From: an uncultured Candidatus Brocadia sp. | GTDB taxonomy: Bacteria; Planctomycetota; Brocadiia; Brocadiales; Brocadiaceae | Length of the DNA: 32,000 nucleotides | Assembly (NCBI GenBank): GCA_964490485.1 | Contig: CAZBCT010000003.1 | Span: 35,280-67,279 of the forward strand | Reading direction: 5' to 3' | Notes under the pieces: generated by a model | The model's input: only the letters and a program-made list of their open reading frames with translations | What the model was told of the DNA's origin: nothing | Databases searched by the model: none | Translations under genes and position numbers: made by a program | Part shown: one piece after another, positions 17,650-24,363 of the stretch | Numbering within the stretch: position 1 is the first letter of the stretch | Layout: every line of letters starts with the position of its first letter

Positions 17650-17704
17650 GTCTTACCTCCCCTCGAATAAATGATAGGAATTTGCTTTTTTAGCTTCGAA
17701 AAGT

Positions 17705-17733
17705 ATTTAATCCAAAAGCGAAAAAGATGTCAA
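17705..17733 (-). promoter_or_regulatory. Sigma70-type promoter candidate inside cassette 5, upstream of the glutaminase gene
   Basis: On the minus strand, TTGACA (17733-17728) is followed by a 17-nt spacer and TTAAAT (17710-17705). It lies about 55 nt upstream of the ATG. Confidence 0.45.
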
Positions 17734-17797
17734 GGTTTTTAATTCATTGATGCTACCATTTTGAAATATTAATAGTTACACAAATGTTGCGCATAAA

Positions 17798-17926
17798 ATA
17801 TAACACGGGTGTCACCTGCGCGAAAGGGAAAGAGTACTGAACGTTCCGAAAGCACAAAACTTGAAAAATGCACTGAACTCTGAAATTACGCTACTGCTTT
17901 TGCATCAGGTGGACGCATTGTTAGAT
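17798..17926 (-). other. attC-like imperfect palindrome after the PIN cassette
   Basis: Read on the minus strand it runs from ATCTAAC to GTTATAT over 129 nt. The outer arms ATCTAACA/ATATAACA pair, a mismatched stretch of about 7 nt follows, and then the inner box CACCTG/CAGGTG pairs. Confidence 0.5.
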
Positions 17927-18105
17927 GCTGCTGTTTGTACGGTTTTTGAAGGTAAAGATTTGATTGGATGTCCGTACTTCTGGCCGTACTCCTTTTCTTT
18001 CTTTTTTAAATCTGCACAAATCGCGCGCAAGTCAAAATTGAATCGCTGGGCATGTTTCTTGCGGGCTTCACGTACTTCTTCTACTATTGGGTCTTTCATC
18101 GTCAT
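17905..18105 (-). CDS. Putative antitoxin partner of the PIN protein
   Basis: 66 aa, MTMKDPIVEEVREARKKHAQRFNFDLRAICADLKKKEKE. Its ATG overlaps the PIN stop (ATGA). It resembles, from memory, small proteins encoded downstream of this PIN subfamily. Confidence 0.55.
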   Translation of the reverse strand: MTMKDPIVEEVREARKKHAQRFNFDLRAICADLKKKEKEYGQKYGHPIKSLPSKTVQTAASNNAST

Positions 18106-18575
18106 TCTCCTAATAACTCTTCTGGTGAACATATTGTTGGACACTGATACCCTTCGGCTTCAACCAGCGATATTATCTTTGCTTTCATTTGAGCGTTGTT
18201 TATATGTGTAAAGTTCCACGTCAAAAGATAGTCCATCCCGTTTATGGTTGCCACGGCAATATGAAGTGCATCTTCGGGGTACTGCTTCGGTATTGGCCCA
18301 TCTTTTATTAATAGCGAAGCTAAATGTTCTGCTTCATTGCTTATGGACAGAACGGGTATCTTCGAAATCGCTGATAATCTCTTCTGGGCCGCTTCGGCAT
18401 CCCCATACTCGGCTTCTTGAACAACCAATGCGGAGATATGCGGCTCAAATATCTTGAGAATCTCAGGCCATTTCTCTCGAGTAATCTCCTGACGTCCGGC
18501 TATAACCAAATCTCTGCTTGGTTTCGACGTGTAGTAGCTTACTACGCTCGTTTCGATGTAAACCGTTTCTTTCAT
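18102..18575 (-). CDS. PIN-domain (VapC-like) toxin
   Basis: 157 aa. MKETVYIETSVVSYYTSKPSRD...QEAE...EDALHIAVATINGMDYLLTWNFTHI shows a PIN-like acidic residue pattern. Confidence 0.75.
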   Translation of the reverse strand: MKETVYIETSVVSYYTSKPSRDLVIAGRQEITREKWPEILKIFEPHISALVVQEAEYGDAEAAQKRLSAISKIPVLSISNEAEHLASLLIKDGPIPKQYPEDALHIAVATINGMDYLLTWNFTHINNAQMKAKIISLVEAEGYQCPTICSPEELLGE

Positions 18576-18607
18576 ACATCCTTTGGTTTAAGAATCTGTT
18601 TCTACAC

Positions 18608-18677
18608 AGTTAACGAGAAAGCTCACTGGCGGCAATGGAGCACAGCGGAATTGCCGTCTGGTACAGCGTTGTTAGGT
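18608..18677 (-). other. attC-like element after the ParE cassette
   Basis: Read on the minus strand, ACCTAAC (overlapping the TAA stop) to GTTAACT, 70 nt, with a central 7-bp stem CGGCAAT/ATTGCCG. Confidence 0.45.
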
Positions 18678-18968
18678 TTTGATTCTGTTAATCCAATACA
18701 TTGGTTCACGGTGTAAGTGTGCAATAGCAATAACATAAATATGGCCTTTTTCAATAGAGTATAATACTTTGTAAGGAAACTTATGAAGAATATACCTTCT
18801 AATATTTTCACTTTCCTGAGAACCAATTCCTGGCATTTTTTTGATAATATTAATGGCTCTTTTGACTTCTTGTTCAAATCTTTTTCCCAAACCTGTTACT
18901 TCAATTTCATAATATTCTTTTCCATCATCAAATTCTTTTTTAGCCAATTCGTCGAATATCACTCTCAT
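18672..18968 (-). CDS. RelE/ParE-family toxin
   Basis: 98 aa. The pattern ...RRYILHKFPYKVLYSIEKGHIYVIAIAHLHREP is typical of the plasmid-stabilisation ParE/RelE fold. Confidence 0.8.
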   Translation of the reverse strand: MRVIFDELAKKEFDDGKEYYEIEVTGLGKRFEQEVKRAINIIKKMPGIGSQESENIRRYILHKFPYKVLYSIEKGHIYVIAIAHLHREPMYWINRIKT

Positions 18969-18973
18969 AAAGC

Positions 18974-19177
18974 TTATCTAAATACCTCTTCTGCAGGTAT
19001 CCCTTGTGTTTTACCTGCTCTGTAATTTTTAAGTCTTGATTCAGCTTCCTGTATCCATTTTTTTGATATCTCCGGATCTGGCTTGTCTAAGCTGGTTACC
19101 AAAGCCTCAATTAATATAATTTTGTCCTGCGGTTTTAATGCCAATGCTTTTTCAATTAATGTGTTATTAACTGACAT
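18974..19177 (-). CDS. Addiction-module antitoxin (TIGR02574-like putative addiction module component)
   Basis: 67 aa, LALKPQDKIILIEALVTSLDKPDPEISKKWIQEAESRLKNYRAGKTQGIPAEEVFR. It lies 5 nt upstream of the ParE-like gene. Confidence 0.75.
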   Translation of the reverse strand: MSVNNTLIEKALALKPQDKIILIEALVTSLDKPDPEISKKWIQEAESRLKNYRAGKTQGIPAEEVFR

Positions 19178-19206
19178 ACTTGTATTCCTTTCTAGTAATT
19201 TTTTAC

Positions 19207-19266
19207 ACCTAACGGTTTAAATCAATGGTGACTTTTTTTACCGTCCGCTGGATTTGATTGTTATAC
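19207..19266 (-). other. attC-like element after the DUF4258/DUF2283 cassette
   Basis: Read on the minus strand, GTATAAC (overlapping the TAA stop) to GTTAGGT, 60 nt. The inner pairing AATCAA/TTGATT plus GAC/GTC is weaker than in the other sites. Confidence 0.4.
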
Positions 19267-19488
19267 GATTTTTTTTAATTTAAGTATTTTGGCTTGTGAT
19301 GATTCCAATATTGAATCGCGGAGAAAAGAACTTGCCTCTAATATTTCTATACCAATTAATTCACCGCTTTCATTCAACTCAGCCGTAATATTTGGGCTTA
19401 ACTCAATGCTATCTGCTTCTTTTTCCTCAGAAATAACTATATGCAGAATATCTTCATCTTTAAAATATGCCATCTTCGTTTTATCCAT
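19261..19488 (-). CDS. DUF2283-family small protein (putative antitoxin)
   Basis: MDKTKMAYFKDEDILHIVISEEKEADSIELSPNITAELNESGELIGIEILEASSFL shows the typical DUF2283 pattern. Its start overlaps the upstream gene's stop by 8 nt. Confidence 0.7.
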   Translation of the reverse strand: MDKTKMAYFKDEDILHIVISEEKEADSIELSPNITAELNESGELIGIEILEASSFLRDSILESSQAKILKLKKIV

Positions 19489-19768
19489 ATATGAACCTTC
19501 CTGTTTTAAGTCGAAAATTAATTTGTTGACGCGTAGTAGCATGAATTGAGACAGGGATTATTTCACCTCTAAGTTGCTCATATGGAATTATAACCAGCCT
19601 ATCATCATGTTTACCTACTGCAATAAAACGTTGGGTTGCAGTATCGAAGTATATTTCTCCTGAATACCGTAATATATTTTCAATTTTTGGAAGTTCAAAT
19701 CCTCTTAATTCTGTTCTATACTTCATATAGTCAGTCCATACGATCTTTGACTCTTCAGGGGTTCTCAC
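19481..19768 (-). CDS. DUF4258-like small protein (putative toxin)
   Basis: 95 aa with a GTG start at 19768 after GGAGGGG. The assignment rests mainly on pairing with a DUF2283 protein. The family call is from memory and tentative. Confidence 0.5.
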   Translation of the reverse strand: MRTPEESKIVWTDYMKYRTELRGFELPKIENILRYSGEIYFDTATQRFIAVGKHDDRLVIIPYEQLRGEIIPVSIHATTRQQINFRLKTGRFIYG

Positions 19769-19799
19769 ATCCCCTCCAATATGTTATATTTAATTTACC

Positions 19800-19859
19800 G
19801 TATAACGCCGGCGCTCAGTGGCGCGGCTTTTTCGCGTTCGCTGCAGCGCTCTGTTAGAC
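19800..19859 (-). other. attC-like element after the 141-aa cassette
   Basis: Read on the minus strand, GTCTAAC to GTTATAC, 60 nt, GC-rich palindrome. The stop-proximal arm GCGCT-G-CAG carries one extra G relative to its partner GCGCTCAG. An extra G in that arm is a known feature of attC sites. Confidence 0.55.
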
Positions 19860-19876
19860 GCTTCTATGTTAGTTCA

Positions 19877-20302
19877 CTAGCTCGGCGGCATCATTATCGG
19901 CTCTCCGGGCACCGTCCCCTGCGAAGGAACACGTTTGTTCTTTCGTGATCTTATTTCTTGACCATTCGAAAGACGCACCCGACCGAGGGTGAATATCTTC
20001 TCTCCAAGATCTGAGGGAAGGCTCTCAGCTTCTACCCATGTTTCCCATGTCTCATCAGGTCTCAATCGCTTCGGTAGGGGACGGTCATGAGTCTGCGCGT
20101 GGATTTGAGAATCCGCTGCAAACCACACATGAGTAATTTCGACTTCCCGGTCACGTGACAAGTTCGTGACATTTAGGAAATAGCACGATCTTCTTGTTTG
20201 AGTGAAATATGCATGGTGCACCATAAGCATCACTCTTCTCCTTCCGGAGACCATCTCCCAAAGGCGTTGGGGAATCCACGTGATCAAGCCAGAGATTTCC
20301 AT
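19877..20302 (-). CDS. Hypothetical protein (single-gene cassette)
   Basis: 141-aa ORF with no recognisable motif. It is bracketed by the perfect 10-bp inverted repeat TGTTAGACGC (19852-19861) / GCGTCTAACA (20320-20329). The ATG lies only about 20 nt from the 5' core. Confidence 0.55.
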   Translation of the reverse strand: MEISGLITWIPQRLWEMVSGRRRVMLMVHHAYFTQTRRSCYFLNVTNLSRDREVEITHVWFAADSQIHAQTHDRPLPKRLRPDETWETWVEAESLPSDLGEKIFTLGRVRLSNGQEIRSRKNKRVPSQGTVPGEPIMMPPS

Positions 20303-20352
20303 AATGCACCTGAATCTATGCGTCTAACAATGTTATTGGCAGGTTTTCCATA

Positions 20353-20380
20353 AATATACAAATAGTATAGCGTAAATCAA
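20353..20380 (-). promoter_or_regulatory. Sigma70-type promoter candidate upstream of array 2
   Basis: On the minus strand, TTGATT (20380-20375) is followed by a 16-nt spacer and TATATT (20358-20353). It lies 25 nt upstream of the first GTTAGAC core. Confidence 0.4.
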
Positions 20381-20644
20381 GATATAATTGACATACAAAA
20401 TCTCACTACCATAAGTTCTGACTTGTTATCATTACAAATTGAGTGATATTAAGAAAATAGGCTAAGTATTCATAAATAAATATCCCTGGGAATTTGACGT
20501 TATACCACCCTTTGTCCGCTAACCCGGCGGCTCTCTGCCACACTCCAATACCGGTGGGTTTTCCCATCTTTCGTTCGTGATTTTACACGGTGATACATGC
20601 AAGTATTTTCGCAGTTTCTCCTGCATGCGCCAATAGGGCAGAGC

Positions 20645-20749
20645 GGCACTACAAGCCGTTTTTAAAATTCATCCCTTTAATACCAAGGGTACCCCGGTCA
20701 TACCTGCAAAAAAAATAACCGTTTTGGGAGGTGAATTACGAAAGTCGGG
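20645..20749 (-). repeat. Copy 2 (inverted) of the ~105-bp repeat
   Basis: Its reverse complement aligns end to end with 14971-15074 at roughly 80% identity. Confidence 0.7.
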
Positions 20750-20840
20750 TTAGGGGAGGGTGATCTTTCCTCTCTCACCCCACCTTAACCTAGGGGGGAG
20801 GAACTCTAACTTGAAATTCCTACATCACGTTAAAATCATC

Positions 20841-20990
20841 GTAACAATTTAGTTTTTTGAAAAAGTAGGGGCGAAGCATTTGCCCGTTTTGGTATGAGTG
20901 CGTTCATGACAATTATAGCAAATGCTTCGCCCCTACCCTGCACGACAAATATCACAATTATTGGAAATTTTCAAAAAACTAAATTGTTAC
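20841..20990. mobile_element. MITE copy B, intact
   Basis: 150 bp. It has perfect 23-bp terminal inverted repeats, GTAACAATTTAGTTTTTTGAAAA (20841-20863) and TTTTCAAAAAACTAAATTGTTAC (20968-20990). The inner 19-bp perfect inverted repeat lies at 20865-20883 / 20918-20936. It is flanked by the 8-bp direct duplication AAATCATC (20833-20840 and 20991-20998). The element has no coding capacity. Confidence 0.8.
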
Positions 20991-21001
20991 AAATCATCGC
21001 A

Positions 21002-24000
21002 TCATCGTCGAACCGCTTCGTAATTCGTTCCGTCCATGTCAGTAATCATCATATGGTTACGATCTACAAATTCATACCACATGGTGGTAATTTCGCCCGA
21101 CTCATCGCACATCATGATTTGACCGCTGGAAGTATTCGATCCACCCTGTGTCCTATTCCTTGTCTGCTGAACAGCTACTTTTCCCCGGAGCGTTGAACCT
21201 TCGCTTTGGGATGCGATCGCGAAATTGGCGTTCGACTCGATGGTCAGGGTCTTCTTCCGAGGCAGGAATTTATTGTCAGGAGACATCTCCCAGACGCCAA
21301 CCAACTCCGGAACTACTTTTGCTTGAGATGCAAAATGCTGTAATACCACCTGCTGACGTTTACGGTGCTGCTGATTTTGAAGATCTGCATAAGTGCGTTG
21401 TTCCTGACTCATACCGGCGTACGGTTCCTGTTCCTGCACCTGCTGCTGTCTCTGAGAATGTGCCCGTGCAATGGCCATATTGAGCTGATTGAGATCGTTT
21501 CGGAGGTGTTCAGGAATCGTTCTCCCTATTTCGTAAAGGGCGCGGCTGGCGCCCTCCGTGTCACCTTTAGCTAAAAGGGACTGCGCCAGGTAAAATGATG
21601 CCTCAGAGGCTGGCGCTCCGGCTAATCCGCCAAAGTTCGTGTCGCCCTGCGCATTCCCTACCATAGGAATGCCGGCCATACGCTGCGGACCCAACCGGGC
21701 TGCATCCGAAAACTGCTGTATCGCTTCGTCCTGTTTGCCCATGGATGCAAGGAGCTTGCCGGCATTCAGGTGCGCTTCGGCTATTAACGTGGCTGCATTT
21801 ATCGGGGCAATCATCATGGCGCCTTTCTCGGGTTGCTGATCCGGCAGCATGGCGGTGAACATTTGCCAGGACTCCCAACCCAGGAGCATTCTCGGCTCAT
21901 ACCTGAGAGATGCAAGGTACTGATCAAGCCCCTCCTTCTGCTTTCCCGCCTGTTCCAGGAGATGCGCAAGATGGAAATAAGACTGGATGGCAAGCCCGAA
22001 ATCAAGGGGATCGCGAGTCATAGGCGTTCCACTCTTCACGAAAGGTTCATCGAGGAGAAGACGCGCTTCCTCCAGCACCAGTGCAACCCGGAAAGCGGCG
22101 ATTGCCTCTTTGGTCTTGCCTTCCTCTTCGTAAGTCACCCCAAGATAAGCGGGAATCCTGGCGTCAACCGGATCAAGCTGGTGGGCAGCCGCAAGCCTGC
22201 CCTTTGCTCCCTGCCAGGCGGTTTTGGTAATTTGGTCCCAGGCCAGGCGGAGCATGGGTGCTGCGGTGGTGTGGATCAGCTTACGGGCAATAGCCTGCTG
22301 TTCCTCTGCCTTCTCTTTTTGTCCGGTCTTTGCATAAAAGTCAACCAGGGTATCCTGAGCTTCCAGAGAATCGGGATACCCGTTGACAGCATCCACAAGC
22401 GTTTGCCGGGCAGCGTCATAATCGCCTGACCACACATGGAGGTCGGCCTGGATAAGATATCTGTCTGCCGTACCCCTGGCAGCCTTGACAGCAGCCTCCA
22501 TGGCGGAGCGCGCCTTCTCGCGTAACCCGGTGGCCGCAGCGTCGAGTTGATTAGCCCGCTCCAGATCGACAGGGGAGGGCGGATAACACGTTGTCGTCGT
22601 AACTTCATAGATACCGTCGTATCGCGTTTCCGTGGAGGTAGAGCTTGTGCACTCCGTCTGCCTGAGGCTCGATGCCTCAGCAGAGTACTGATTTGCCCTC
22701 ATGGAACGAAATTTCGCATAGAGACGCAGCGCATCAGGATCATTCCCTGACAACTCCAATGCCTGATCCGCAAGTTGTTCAGCCTCGTCGTAACGCTTGA
22801 GCATACTCAATGCAATGGCCTTCTGAATCATCGCCTTTACGTGTTTCGGATTAAGCGCCAAAGCGCGGTCGAGGATTTCTACCGCCCGAAGCCGTTCTTT
22901 TTCCTTCGACTCCTGCCAGCGGTAGTAGAGCAACCCCCGCCTGGGCTCGACGGATTCCCCCCGATTGTCAGATTCGGCAAGCATATATTCGGCAAGGTTG
23001 ACCAGATTGTCTGGATTCTTGGGACGGGCACGCACGGCATCTTCGAGGATGCGGAGTTTATCCTGATACGTCTCATCATAGCGCAGTCGTTGCACTCCCG
23101 TAGCCTTGTGAACCTTGACGGCAAGGCTCACGAGCTGATCCAAAGGTGCATCAGCCTGCGCCGCCTGCTCCAGGGCAGTCAAAAGGTGATCAGGGGAACC
23201 ATCGACCTGTTGTTTTTTGAGTTCATTCTCAATGGAGGATCGGGTTTTTTTTGTGGCTGAAGCATCCAGTTTAGCGGCAATTTCCAGATCAGCGCGGGTT
23301 CTTCTGGCATCCCCCCATCGTGCAGCCGCCATGGCCCGGCCAAGGTAGGCAGCGGCAAAGTCAGTGCGGCCCGTGAGGGCAATGGTAAATTCACGACGGG
23401 CGGTAGCCGGACGGCCAAGAGACAGCCAGCTATCCGCAGAAATATACAGCATGTCCGGATCAGACGGGTAAGCTGCACGGACGAACTCAATTTCCCGCAG
23501 GGCGGCATCGAATTGCCTCGATTCGTGCAGCTGTTTCGCGCGGGCGAAATGAGCGGGCGCCAGATCCGGACGTTTTAAAAAGCGTTTCGCAAACCAACGC
23601 CCCGCTTTTGCCATGGCCTCGCGAACGGGGCCTGTTTTCGTGTTGCCTCCGCTCTGCCGCGCTTTTCCATAAGAACTTGCCATCTCATAATAGACAAATG
23701 ATGCATAGGCCGTTGGGTAGTCATCCCGCCCCTGAATCATGTGTCCGGGAATTGAAACAAAGCTGTATTCTTGCCCCTGCGGCGAATCCGCAGATACTCC
23801 TTCTCTGCCCTGAAGGCTCCGGGGACCCGAAATACCATGTCCCGGAGTTGCGATGCCGCTCATTGCTTCTGCAACATACGTCCAGAGTTCAGCCTCGCGT
23901 CCCTTTCCGCCAAGACGCTGGAATCGTTCAAAATCTTTCTTTGCCGGTTGAAATTGTTCGGCAAGAGTCTCAGCAACTCCCCGCGCAAGCACATAATTTG

Positions 24001-24202
24001 GATCATCGCCACTGGCATCAAGGGCTCGGGAGAACGCTGCAACGGCTTCAGGAAATTGTCCCTGGGTTAATGCGTCCAGCCCTTCAAGGTAGGCCATAAG
24101 CCCTGGAGTATTCCCGCTCGAAGGTGGAGCAGCCTGGATCTTTAACGGTAATACGCCAAAGCAAATACATACAAGCATGATTTTTACAAAGGTGTGCGGC
24201 AT
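21002..24202 (-). CDS. Large secreted tetratricopeptide-repeat (TPR) protein
   Basis: 1066 aa. The signal-peptide-like N-terminus is MPHTFVKIMLVCICFGVLPLKIQAAP. Many A/L/Y-rich 34-residue-type repeats follow (for example YDEAEQLADQALELSGNDPDAL), and there is a non-repeat C-terminal domain of about 150 aa. Confidence 0.8.
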   Translation of the reverse strand: MPHTFVKIMLVCICFGVLPLKIQAAPPSSGNTPGLMAYLEGLDALTQGQFPEAVAAFSRALDASGDDPNYVLARGVAETLAEQFQPAKKDFERFQRLGGKGREAELWTYVAEAMSGIATPGHGISGPRSLQGREGVSADSPQGQEYSFVSIPGHMIQGRDDYPTAYASFVYYEMASSYGKARQSGGNTKTGPVREAMAKAGRWFAKRFLKRPDLAPAHFARAKQLHESRQFDAALREIEFVRAAYPSDPDMLYISADSWLSLGRPATARREFTIALTGRTDFAAAYLGRAMAAARWGDARRTRADLEIAAKLDASATKKTRSSIENELKKQQVDGSPDHLLTALEQAAQADAPLDQLVSLAVKVHKATGVQRLRYDETYQDKLRILEDAVRARPKNPDNLVNLAEYMLAESDNRGESVEPRRGLLYYRWQESKEKERLRAVEILDRALALNPKHVKAMIQKAIALSMLKRYDEAEQLADQALELSGNDPDALRLYAKFRSMRANQYSAEASSLRQTECTSSTSTETRYDGIYEVTTTTCYPPSPVDLERANQLDAAATGLREKARSAMEAAVKAARGTADRYLIQADLHVWSGDYDAARQTLVDAVNGYPDSLEAQDTLVDFYAKTGQKEKAEEQQAIARKLIHTTAAPMLRLAWDQITKTAWQGAKGRLAAAHQLDPVDARIPAYLGVTYEEEGKTKEAIAAFRVALVLEEARLLLDEPFVKSGTPMTRDPLDFGLAIQSYFHLAHLLEQAGKQKEGLDQYLASLRYEPRMLLGWESWQMFTAMLPDQQPEKGAMMIAPINAATLIAEAHLNAGKLLASMGKQDEAIQQFSDAARLGPQRMAGIPMVGNAQGDTNFGGLAGAPASEASFYLAQSLLAKGDTEGASRALYEIGRTIPEHLRNDLNQLNMAIARAHSQRQQQVQEQEPYAGMSQEQRTYADLQNQQHRKRQQVVLQHFASQAKVVPELVGVWEMSPDNKFLPRKKTLTIESNANFAIASQSEGSTLRGKVAVQQTRNRTQGGSNTSSGQIMMCDESGEITTMWYEFVDRNHMMITDMDGTNYEAVRR

Positions 24203-24363
24203 GGGTGACCTCCTTAAAAATATGAAATTTCTGTTGCAAAGGCACCGTAAAATAAGCTAATTTGTCAATAATTGAGATACTATTTGCCATAGTATATCGT
24301 TGTCAATTGGCAATTAGCAACGAGAATTTTACCGGCCGCTGGCTGTATACTATTTAACGCACG

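Larger units (their letters stand above)
16443..20329 (-). mobile_element. Integron-like gene-cassette array 2 (five cassettes, no integrase in window)
   Basis: The chain of core sites read on the minus strand is given in the first finding. Cassette-flank complementarity is 10/10, 8/8, 7/7, 5/7 and 6/7. The inter-cassette imperfect palindromes are 60, 60, 70 and 129 nt. Three nnnnAAC cores overlap stop codons. Confidence 0.55.

Noticed and set aside
20322-20441. AT-rich stretch upstream of cassette 1 considered as a further attC (GTCTAAC ... GTTATCA on the plus strand)
   Set aside because: The arms share only TAACAA and a few scattered bases, and the distal core does not fit the consensus. 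It is more likely attI-like or promoter DNA (the TTGATT-16-TATATT candidate lies here).
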